A stretch of DNA of 24,000 nucleotides from Planctomycetota bacterium (GTDB lineage: Bacteria; Planctomycetota; Phycisphaerae; Phycisphaerales; SM1A02): the NCBI GenBank assembly GCA_046047955.1, contig JBJOHC010000109.1, forward strand, positions 676-24,675, given 5' to 3'. Positions 6,708 to 13,889 of the stretch are shown here, piece after piece; position 1 is the first letter of the stretch, and each line of letters begins with the position of its first letter. The notes beneath the pieces are model-generated. The model made no database searches and was not told the origin of the DNA. It was given only the letters and a program-made list of their open reading frames with translations. A program made the translations under genes and the position numbers.

Positions 6708-8410
6708 CGACGCCCGCGACCATCCTCGCGCTCGCCGCCACCGAGCTTCCGGGCGGCTTCGCGATCGGCGCCGACATGAGCCCCTGGCTCCAGGCCGCGC
6801 TCCTCATGCTCGGCACCTTCGTCCTCGAGGACACCACGGCGATCGCCGCGGGACTCCTCGCCCACGCGGGGACGGTTCCACTCTCCGTCGCGATCGTGGG
6901 CACGGGCGTCGGCATCTTCCTCGGCGACCTCGGCCTCTACCTCCTCGGCGCGCTCGCCGCGCGCGGCGCGCACGGCACGGGCTGGATCCGAAGGCGCCTC
7001 CCCGAGCGGCAGCTCGATCGCGTGCGCGGATGGTTCGCGGGCGGGACCTGGAAGGCGATTCTTCTCTCGCGGATCCTTTCGGGCACGCGGCTTCCCGTCT
7101 ATCTCGGCGCCGGGTTCGTCGGCGCGGGGTTCGGTCGGTTCGCCCTCTGGACCTTCGTCGCGGTCCTCGTCTGGACGCCGCTCGTGGTCGGCGGCACGGC
7201 ATGGATCGGAGGTTCGGTGCTCGCCGCGGCCGAGCGCGCGATCGGGCCACACTGGTCGGTCTGGATCGTCGCGCTGGCCGCGCTCGTCGTCGCGGTCGCG
7301 ATCCTCCGCCGCGCCTGGACCCGCCGGCGCGGCTGGCGCATCGCCTTCGAGCGCGCGCAGCGCTTCGAATTCTGGCCGAACTGGGCGATCTACGGCCCGC
7401 TCGCGCCCTTCTATCTCGTGCAATCCGCGCGGCATGGCGGCCTCCGCAGCCTCACGGCGGCGAACCCCTGCTGGCCCGACGGCGGCATGGTGGGCGAGAG
7501 CAAGCAGGCGGGACTCGACGCCTTCGACCCCGCGTTCGTCGCGCCGAGCTTTCTCGTCGAGGTCGACGGCGAACGCATCGGCAGCGAGGCGATCGAGGCC
7601 GCGTGCGCCCGACTCGCGAGCGAGGGCTGGCACGCCCCCGACGACTCGGGCACCTGGACCCGCCCCGTCGTCGTCAAGCCCGACGCGGGACAGCGCGGCT
7701 TCGGAGTCCGCATCGCACGGTCCGAACCTGCGTTCCGCGAGGCGCTCGCCGCCTCGCGCGCGGACATGGTGGTCCAGCGTCACGCGGCGGGCGAGATCGA
7801 GGTCGGCCTCTTCGTGATCCGCCGTCCCGGCCGTCCACCGGAACTCCTCTCGATCGGCGAGAAGCGGCTGCCGCACGCGACCGGCGACGGTCGTACGCCG
7901 CTGGGCGAACTCATCCGCCGCGACCCGCGCCTGCGGCTCCAGGAGCATGTGTTCCTCGAGCGTCACGCGCACGAACTCGACCGCGTCCTCGCGGAAGGCG
8001 AGCGACTTCGGCTTTCGCACGCGGCGAACCACTCGCAGGGATGTCTCTTCCTCTCGGGCGAGCACCTGCGCACGCCGGCCCTCGAAGCCTGGGCGCTCGC
8101 GGCGATGACGGGCGCTCGCGGCTTCGACTACGGACGACTCGACGTCGTCTTCCCCGACGCCGACGCCTGCCGTCGCGGCGTGGGCGGCGCCATCCTCGAG
8201 GCGAACGGCGTCCTCAGCGAATCGATCGACATGTACGACCCCGCGCTCGGAGCCTTCGGCGCGTGGCGCATCATGCGAAGGCACTGGTCGATCGCCTTCG
8301 AGATCGGGCGCGCGAACCGCACCGCGGGTGCGCGCGGGATGGGCGTTCGCGAGTTCCTCGGGCGCTGGCGCGCCTGGCGTCGGCGGGCAGACGGGTCGAT
8401 CGCGCGCTAG
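6704..8410 (+). CDS. DedA/VTT-type membrane domain fused to an ATP-grasp carboxylate-amine ligase domain
   Basis: Lies within ORF 5954..8410; in-frame ATG at 6704 (MTTPATILALAA). The N-terminal ~210 aa are polytopic with DedA-like signatures (FVLEDTTAIAAGLL; LSRILSGTRLPVYLGAG). The C-terminal ~330 aa have ATP-grasp features (RPVVVKPDAGQRGFGVRIA; MVVQRHAAGEIEVGLFVI; ANHSQGC...GRLDV) and resemble cyanophycin-synthetase/RimK-type ligases. Confidence 0.8.
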   Translation: MTTPATILALAATELPGGFAIGADMSPWLQAALLMLGTFVLEDTTAIAAGLLAHAGTVPLSVAIVGTGVGIFLGDLGLYLLGALAARGAHGTGWIRRRLPERQLDRVRGWFAGGTWKAILLSRILSGTRLPVYLGAGFVGAGFGRFALWTFVAVLVWTPLVVGGTAWIGGSVLAAAERAIGPHWSVWIVALAALVVAVAILRRAWTRRRGWRIAFERAQRFEFWPNWAIYGPLAPFYLVQSARHGGLRSLTAANPCWPDGGMVGESKQAGLDAFDPAFVAPSFLVEVDGERIGSEAIEAACARLASEGWHAPDDSGTWTRPVVVKPDAGQRGFGVRIARSEPAFREALAASRADMVVQRHAAGEIEVGLFVIRRPGRPPELLSIGEKRLPHATGDGRTPLGELIRRDPRLRLQEHVFLERHAHELDRVLAEGERLRLSHAANHSQGCLFLSGEHLRTPALEAWALAAMTGARGFDYGRLDVVFPDADACRRGVGGAILEANGVLSESIDMYDPALGAFGAWRIMRRHWSIAFEIGRANRTAGARGMGVREFLGRWRAWRRRADGSIAR

Positions 8411-8655
8411 CGGTCGCCGATCTGGAAGTGTCGGCTCCACCGCGACTTGACGAATGCACTCCTCGAGGGCACCGCGCCGAATCGGCCGCCACCATCCCTC
8501 CCGCGCACCCGCCGAACCGTTTGGATTCGGCTCATTTTCCCCTTGCACGCGCTATTCCGCGGACTACCTTCCTCCCCGTCAGTCTCAGGCGGGCACGGCC
8601 TGGATCTGTTTCCCGGCACCGTTCTGGACATGGCACAACCCGTTGGAGGATGGCT

Positions 8656-10746
8656 ATGCGCGGTGTGATGACCCTCGGCGCCGGAGTGGCGCTCGTCGGT
8701 TCGATGCTCGTGACGGCGGCGGCAAGCGCCCAGTGCACCATCGACCCGAACCCGAACTTCGTGGCGATCGACGGCGGCTGCCCCGTCGCCGGCGTCGCCG
8801 ACCCGAACGGCGGATGCAATGTCGTGCCGAACGCCTTCCAGGCGACGGGCGACCTTTCCGCCTCGAACCTCTCGTTCACCATCGGCGGCACCTGCGGCCA
8901 GGATCCGGTCGCCGGCTCGCGCGACATCGACTGGTTCTCGTTCACCGTCACCGACGCGTGCTTCGTGAACATCTCGATCGCGATGACCTTCCCCGACGGC
9001 TCGCCCTCGACGCGCACGATCGCGTTCGCCGGCGAGTTCAACGGCGACGGCACGCCGAACTGCGACAGCGTCTACGGATTCGCGTTCGCCGCGTGCCCCG
9101 CGGCGTTCCCCGAGTTCTTCGCGCAGCCCGGCACCTACATGTGCATCATCACCACCGACTTCGCGGCCGGCGGCGGACTCCCCTGCGAGTCGCCCTACAC
9201 CGCGACGGTGACGGGTCGTCTCCCCCAGTACACCGAGTGCGGCGCGCCCGGCACGGGCAACTGCGGCATCGTCAACGCCGCCACCCCCGGCTGCGAGGAT
9301 GTCGCCTGCTGCGAGACCGTCTGCACGGTCGACCCGCTCTGCTGCATCATCGGCTGGGACACCCAGTGCGCCACGCAGGCGCAGCTCCCGACCGCGGCCG
9401 GCGGATGCGGCGTCTTCGTCTACAACTGCCAGCCCGGCGCGGGCGCGCCCGCGAACGACTGCGCGACCGCCGCGCCCGTCATCAACCTCGACGAGACCGT
9501 CGCGTGGAACAACGCGAACGCGTCGAACGACGGTCCGAACACGGGCCAGTGCGGCGCCAACGTCCGCAAGGACGTGTGGTTCATCGCCCAGGCGCCCGCC
9601 GACGGCAACATGATCGTCATCGCGAACAGCCCCGGCCAGGACATCGTCCTCTCGGCCTACAACCTCGGCACCTCGCCGACGGTCGACGGCTCGCAGCTCG
9701 CGAACAACTTCGTCGGCTGCCTCGACAACGCGGGCATCGGCGGCGAGGCGACCACGCTCCCGGGCGTCGTCGCGGGCAACTACTACCTCTGGCGGATCGG
9801 CGAGTGGGATGACCCGACGAACACGGGCGTGCCCGGCGCGGGCGATGTCACCATCACCGTCGAGCGCGTCGTCTACGACACGGGCATCCACACCGCGATC
9901 TGCAACGCTGGCACCGCGACCAACCTCGGTCTCTCGAGCGGTCCGGTCGCGGCGACCACGCCGCAGCGCTGGCTCGCGGTTCCCTTCTCGGTGTCCGACC
10001 CCGACGGCGCGGGCCCCGAGACGAGCTGGCGGCTCACGCTCATGCAGCCCGAAGGCTTCGTCCCCGCGGGCGCGGTCAACGAGAAGCTGAACTGGATCAT
10101 CTGGAGCCGCAACGGCTTCGTCGCCCCGAACTACGCGACCGACCAGATCGCGAGCGGCCAGATCGACTTCCCCGCGCTCGGCACCAACGGCGAGGCGAAC
10201 ATCCCGATGGATCTCGTCCTCGAGGCGGGCGACTACTACCTGACCGTCTTCGCGTCGGCGGTGGGCAATCCCTGCACCCCGAGCGACGGCCAGCTGACGA
10301 CCTCGAACTTCGCGTGGTTCATCGGCGCCCCGGGCGGCATCGTGCCGACCGACGGCACCAGCTTCTACTGCCTCCGCTCGGCGACGCAGCAGGGCACGGG
10401 TCCCGCGACCGAAGTGGTCAACGCGGGCACCACGACCCCCTGCTCGAACCCGGCGGGCGCCGGCTTCGCCAACTACTCGCTGCCTGCGCAGTACCAGGTC
10501 TGCGACGGCGACTCGCCCGCGAGCAAGCTGTACTCGGCCGCGCTCCACATCCTCGGCAACCCCGAGCCCGCGCCGAAGAATCCCTGCCCGACCGACTTCG
10601 ACGGCAACGGAACGACCGACGCCGCCGACCTCGCCGCCCTCCTGGGTGGCTGGGGCCAGCCGGGTGCGACCGATCTCGACGGCAACGGCACGACCGACGC
10701 CGCCGACCTCGCCGCGCTCCTCGGCTCGTGGGGCGCCTGCCCGTAA
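8656..10746 (+). CDS. Secreted multidomain protein: PPC-like modules, a Cys-rich module, and two C-terminal dockerin-like repeats
   Basis: Only the C-terminal half of the 1364-aa ORF 6652..10746 is real. GGAGGA at 8645-8650 sits 5 nt upstream of ATG 8656 (alternative start ATG 8650). Signal peptide MRGVMTLGAGVALVGSMLVTAAASA|QC. DIDWFSFTV and KDVWFIAQ resemble the DxDWYxF signature of pre-peptidase C-terminal domains. The C-terminus carries DFDGNGTTDAADLAALLGGWG and DLDGNGTTDAADLAALLGSWG. Confidence 0.85.
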   Translation: MRGVMTLGAGVALVGSMLVTAAASAQCTIDPNPNFVAIDGGCPVAGVADPNGGCNVVPNAFQATGDLSASNLSFTIGGTCGQDPVAGSRDIDWFSFTVTDACFVNISIAMTFPDGSPSTRTIAFAGEFNGDGTPNCDSVYGFAFAACPAAFPEFFAQPGTYMCIITTDFAAGGGLPCESPYTATVTGRLPQYTECGAPGTGNCGIVNAATPGCEDVACCETVCTVDPLCCIIGWDTQCATQAQLPTAAGGCGVFVYNCQPGAGAPANDCATAAPVINLDETVAWNNANASNDGPNTGQCGANVRKDVWFIAQAPADGNMIVIANSPGQDIVLSAYNLGTSPTVDGSQLANNFVGCLDNAGIGGEATTLPGVVAGNYYLWRIGEWDDPTNTGVPGAGDVTITVERVVYDTGIHTAICNAGTATNLGLSSGPVAATTPQRWLAVPFSVSDPDGAGPETSWRLTLMQPEGFVPAGAVNEKLNWIIWSRNGFVAPNYATDQIASGQIDFPALGTNGEANIPMDLVLEAGDYYLTVFASAVGNPCTPSDGQLTTSNFAWFIGAPGGIVPTDGTSFYCLRSATQQGTGPATEVVNAGTTTPCSNPAGAGFANYSLPAQYQVCDGDSPASKLYSAALHILGNPEPAPKNPCPTDFDGNGTTDAADLAALLGGWGQPGATDLDGNGTTDAADLAALLGSWGACP
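10594..10734 (+). repeat. Two near-identical 63-nt coding repeats (dockerin / EF-hand-like DxDGNGTTD...LLGxWG units), period 78 nt
   Basis: 10594-10656 and 10672-10734 align with only a few substitutions at the DNA level. Confidence 0.9.
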
Positions 10747-10814
10747 GCGTTCACTGAGGGAGTGACGGCCGCGGCGGCGCTCCTTCCGCACGCGTCCGGC
10801 ACCGCTCGCATCAG

Positions 10815-10847
10815 GCCCCCCGGCTTCGGCCGGGGGGCTGTTTCTTT
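10815..10847 (+). terminator. Rho-independent terminator after the secreted-protein gene
   Basis: Perfect 10-bp stem GCCCCCCGGC (10815-10824) / GCCGGGGGGC (10829-10838) with a TTCG tetraloop, followed by TGTTTCTTTCC. Confidence 0.85.
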
Positions 10848-10941
10848 CCGCCCCGCCCGTTTCAAGCCCGCGGGATCGACTCCCCGAGCGGCGCTCCGCT
10901 ACAACACGCGAGGCTCCGCCGATGCGCGCGCCGATTCACCC

Positions 10942-12402
10942 ATGACGAACGATCCCGCACAAGACCTTCTCGACGCCCGGCGGAGTTACGACGCCGCGCG
11001 CCCCGCGCCTTCGATCAAGGGAGGAGGGCTCTTCGGCCCCGGGCCCGAGTTCCACGACCATCCGCCCGAGTTCCTCGCGAAAGCCGCGCTCGAGAACGGC
11101 GGCATCGCGCGCGGCCGGATTCTCCTGAGGCAATTCGTCACCGTCTCCGATCCCGAGGCGATCCGCGAGATCCTCGTGTCGAAGGCCCGGCACTTCGCGC
11201 GCGGGTGGGAGCACCGCGACATGGGTGCCATCCTCGGCATGGGCCTCGTCGCGCTCGATGGCGAGGCGTGGCGCGCGCAACGGCACCTTCTGCAGCCCGC
11301 GTTTGCCGCGTCGCGAATCCGACGCGTCGCCCCCGCCTCGGCGCGGTCGGCCCGATCGCTCATCGAGCGCTGGGATGCGGCCTGCCGCGAAGGCAGGCCC
11401 GTTCGCGTCCTCGCGGAGGCGCAGACGGCGACTCTCGAAACCATCAGCGATGCGCTTCTCTCGGTCGATCTCCGCAACGCGGAGGGCGAGGTGATCGCGC
11501 GCGACTTCTCGAAGGCCCTGCGCAGCGCCCTTGCCACCGTGGGCGATCGGCACCGCTCCACCTGCCCGATGCCGCTCTTCCTTCCGACCCGAGGGAACAG
11601 GCGCCTCCGCGAGATGGGCGACCAGATCGATCGATTCATTGAAGGCCACCTTCGACCGCGCTTCGAGCACGCAGCACCAGCGCGCGACGACATCGTGCAG
11701 TCGATGATCGACGCGATCGAGGCCGCGGCCGCGCGGAGCGAAGCTGCCCATGCCCCACCTCCGTTCGGCTGGCCCGAGGCGCTCGCCGAGACGAAGACCC
11801 TCTTCATCGCCGGCTTCGAGACGACCGCGACGCTTCTCGCCTGGGCGCTCCACCACTTGTCGCACCACCCCGAGATCGCTGAGCGCTGGCACGCGGAGTG
11901 CGACGCGCTCGCGAGTGCATCCGCCGGCGCGGGGAGCGATGCCGACCGAGATGAACTCCACTTCGAGGCCCTCGATCGGCTGCCCTTCATCCGCTCGGTG
12001 CTCGACGAGACGCTGCGGCTTTCGCCGCCGTTCTACGCGATCCCCCGGGTTGCGCTGTGCGATGTCGGCGTCCGAGGGGTCCGGATCCGGAAGGGCGACG
12101 AGATCTTCATCTCGGTGCTCGGTGCGCATCGGAATCCCGCGGCGTGGCCCGATCCGATGCGCTTCGATCCCGATCGCTTCGCGCCGGGAGCGCACTTCGA
12201 CAAGCACGCGTATCTGCCCTTCGGACTCGGCGGACACTTCTGCATCGGCGCATCGATCGCGCTCGCCGAGGCGACCCTCCTTCTCGCCGCCATCGGCGCG
12301 CACTTCCGGCTTGTGCCACTCGTGCCGCACGATGTCCCGACCGTGGGTCGCGTCACGTTCGTGCCCGAGCGCGAAATCGAACTGCGGCTCGAACGCAGGT
12401 AG
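10942..12402 (+). CDS. Cytochrome P450 monooxygenase
   Basis: Lies within ORF 10762..12402; start placed at in-frame ATG 10942 (MTNDPAQDLL). P450 motifs: I-helix AGFETT, K-helix ETLR, heme-thiolate loop FGLGGHFCIG. Visibly more A/T-ending codons than neighbouring genes. Confidence 0.9.
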   Translation: MTNDPAQDLLDARRSYDAARPAPSIKGGGLFGPGPEFHDHPPEFLAKAALENGGIARGRILLRQFVTVSDPEAIREILVSKARHFARGWEHRDMGAILGMGLVALDGEAWRAQRHLLQPAFAASRIRRVAPASARSARSLIERWDAACREGRPVRVLAEAQTATLETISDALLSVDLRNAEGEVIARDFSKALRSALATVGDRHRSTCPMPLFLPTRGNRRLREMGDQIDRFIEGHLRPRFEHAAPARDDIVQSMIDAIEAAAARSEAAHAPPPFGWPEALAETKTLFIAGFETTATLLAWALHHLSHHPEIAERWHAECDALASASAGAGSDADRDELHFEALDRLPFIRSVLDETLRLSPPFYAIPRVALCDVGVRGVRIRKGDEIFISVLGAHRNPAAWPDPMRFDPDRFAPGAHFDKHAYLPFGLGGHFCIGASIALAEATLLLAAIGAHFRLVPLVPHDVPTVGRVTFVPEREIELRLERR

Positions 12403-12436
12403 CGGGCGCCGGGTCGGACCTCACTCCACCGCACTC

Positions 12437-12480
12437 CTCACTTCACCGTACTGCTCACTTCACCGTACTGCTCACTTCAC
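12437..12480. repeat. 17-bp tandem repeat CTCACTTCACCGTACTG, about 2.6 copies, between convergent genes
   Basis: Copies at 12437-12453 and 12454-12470, plus a partial copy at 12471-12480. The last copy contains the sulfotransferase stop codon (tca at 12472-12474, minus strand). Confidence 0.9.
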
Positions 12481-13794
12481 GGGTCGCAGCGACTGCTCGC
12501 GCGCGACGTACGGCGCCATCGCACGCTCGACCTCGTCGCGCGAGAGCCCGAACTCCTCGACCGCATAGTGGTGCGCGCCGTGGCGTCCCTGCGGGTGCGC
12601 CGCGAGGTACGCGCGCACCGAGGCCGCGTTGGCGTCACTCCAGTCGAGACCGAGCGTTCCGTAGACCCGCTCGAGCGCGGCCGTCGGATCGGCGACGAGT
12701 TCGCGGTAGTGGAGCCGCGCGACGCGCCCGTCGAGAAGCGCCGCATCCTCGCGCGTCTGCCGCGCATCCGCCTCGGCCCAGCGCGCGACGATCCCGAGGA
12801 CGTCGCTCCCGATCAACGCGGGGTCGACCGCATCCGACCCGGTCGTCCGCAGCGCGTGGAGGAGGCTCGCGGTCGACGCGACGACCTCGGCCGCATCGCG
12901 ATAGGTGACGACGAAGCGCGCACGCGGACAGAGCCGCGCGATCAGCGCGACATGACCCGCGTGCAGCGGGCACTTGAGGAGCCAGCGCCGGGAGTCCCCG
13001 GGCTCCGAGAGGTGCGCGATCGCGCCGAGATACCCGCGATAGACCCGCGACCAGTCCTCCGGACCGCGTGCCGCGAGCCACTCGAGGTACGACGGCACCG
13101 CGTATCCGATCGGATACGCCTCCGAGACGAACCAGCTCTGCAGGAGCCAGAGGCACTCCTCGGGTCCGTCGGCGTCGATGTCGTGGACCGAGCGAAGGTG
13201 CGGCGCGAGCGCATCGATGTTCTGCTTCGCGCGCGTCGCAGCGGCGCGGCGAACCGCCTCGCTCGAGCGCTCGCCATGCCCTGCGCCTGGGAGACGAATC
13301 GGCGACATCGACTCGAAGAGCCGCAGCGGCCGCAGCACAGGGTCGAGCGACATCAGGTGGTGGAGGATCGTCGTCCCCGTCCTCGGCAGGCCGACGAGGA
13401 AGATGGGGCCTTCGCCGGGAGGCACCGCGCACCCCGCCGGTGGCTCCGCCCCACCCCACGCGATCTCGAGGCTGCGGAGGTTCACGAGCCCGCGGAGGAT
13501 GCTCGCCGCGGCCATCGCGCGCCCCACGGCGTTGAGCGCGGCCTCCTCGCGCAGCGAGCGGACGAGGATCGCGAGCGGCTCGCGGAACCGCGTGTCGACG
13601 AACGGACCGCCGAGATCGGCGACCGCCGCGGCCTCGAGTTCGTCCGCGTCGAGCCGCGGCGCGAGGTGCAGCCAGTCCGCCGCCGCGGCCGCGAAGCGCG
13701 CAATCACGAAAGAGATGGGACGCACGGGTGCCGTTCGAAGGCCGTCGGATTCCATGGACGCCAAGCGTAGCAAGGGCGGAGAGGTCCGCCGCAT
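12472..13794 (-). CDS. PAPS-dependent sulfotransferase family protein (Sulfotransfer_3-like)
   Basis: ORF 12472..13794. FLVGLPRTGTTILHHLMS is the 5'-phosphosulfate-binding loop (PRxGTT). The remainder is consistent with cytosolic-type sulfotransferases. An alternative start is ATG at 13755 (MESDG). Confidence 0.8.
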   Translation of the reverse strand: MRRTSPPLLRLASMESDGLRTAPVRPISFVIARFAAAAADWLHLAPRLDADELEAAAVADLGGPFVDTRFREPLAILVRSLREEAALNAVGRAMAAASILRGLVNLRSLEIAWGGAEPPAGCAVPPGEGPIFLVGLPRTGTTILHHLMSLDPVLRPLRLFESMSPIRLPGAGHGERSSEAVRRAAATRAKQNIDALAPHLRSVHDIDADGPEECLWLLQSWFVSEAYPIGYAVPSYLEWLAARGPEDWSRVYRGYLGAIAHLSEPGDSRRWLLKCPLHAGHVALIARLCPRARFVVTYRDAAEVVASTASLLHALRTTGSDAVDPALIGSDVLGIVARWAEADARQTREDAALLDGRVARLHYRELVADPTAALERVYGTLGLDWSDANAASVRAYLAAHPQGRHGAHHYAVEEFGLSRDEVERAMAPYVAREQSLRPVK

Positions 13795-13889
13795 CGCCAG
13801 CGCACGCTCGGGGGGGCCGGGCCCGCGTCGATCTCCATCGGACGAGACGCCCCCACAGGTATCCTGCGTCGGCTCGAACGGCCACCACC

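Noticed and set aside
5258-8548. 1096-aa minus-strand ORF antisense to the DinB/NRDE/ATP-grasp genes
   Set aside because: Arg/Gly/Ala/Glu-dominated with no recognisable motifs. The opposite strand encodes three proteins with family-specific signatures and strong third-position G/C bias.
8631-8646. Sigma-54-like element TGGCACaacccGTTGG upstream of the secreted-protein gene
   Set aside because: The -12 element is GG rather than GC and is shifted by one position from the canonical TGGCAC-N5-TTGC spacing. A start site derived from it would fall on or after the ribosome-binding site, leaving no usable leader.
6652-8655. N-terminal 660-odd residues of the 1364-aa ORF 6652..10746
   Set aside because: This part is Arg/Pro-rich and overlaps the ATP-grasp gene in another frame. 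A signal peptide, an SD sequence (GGAGGA at 8645-8650) and an ATG at 8656 mark the real start of the secreted protein.
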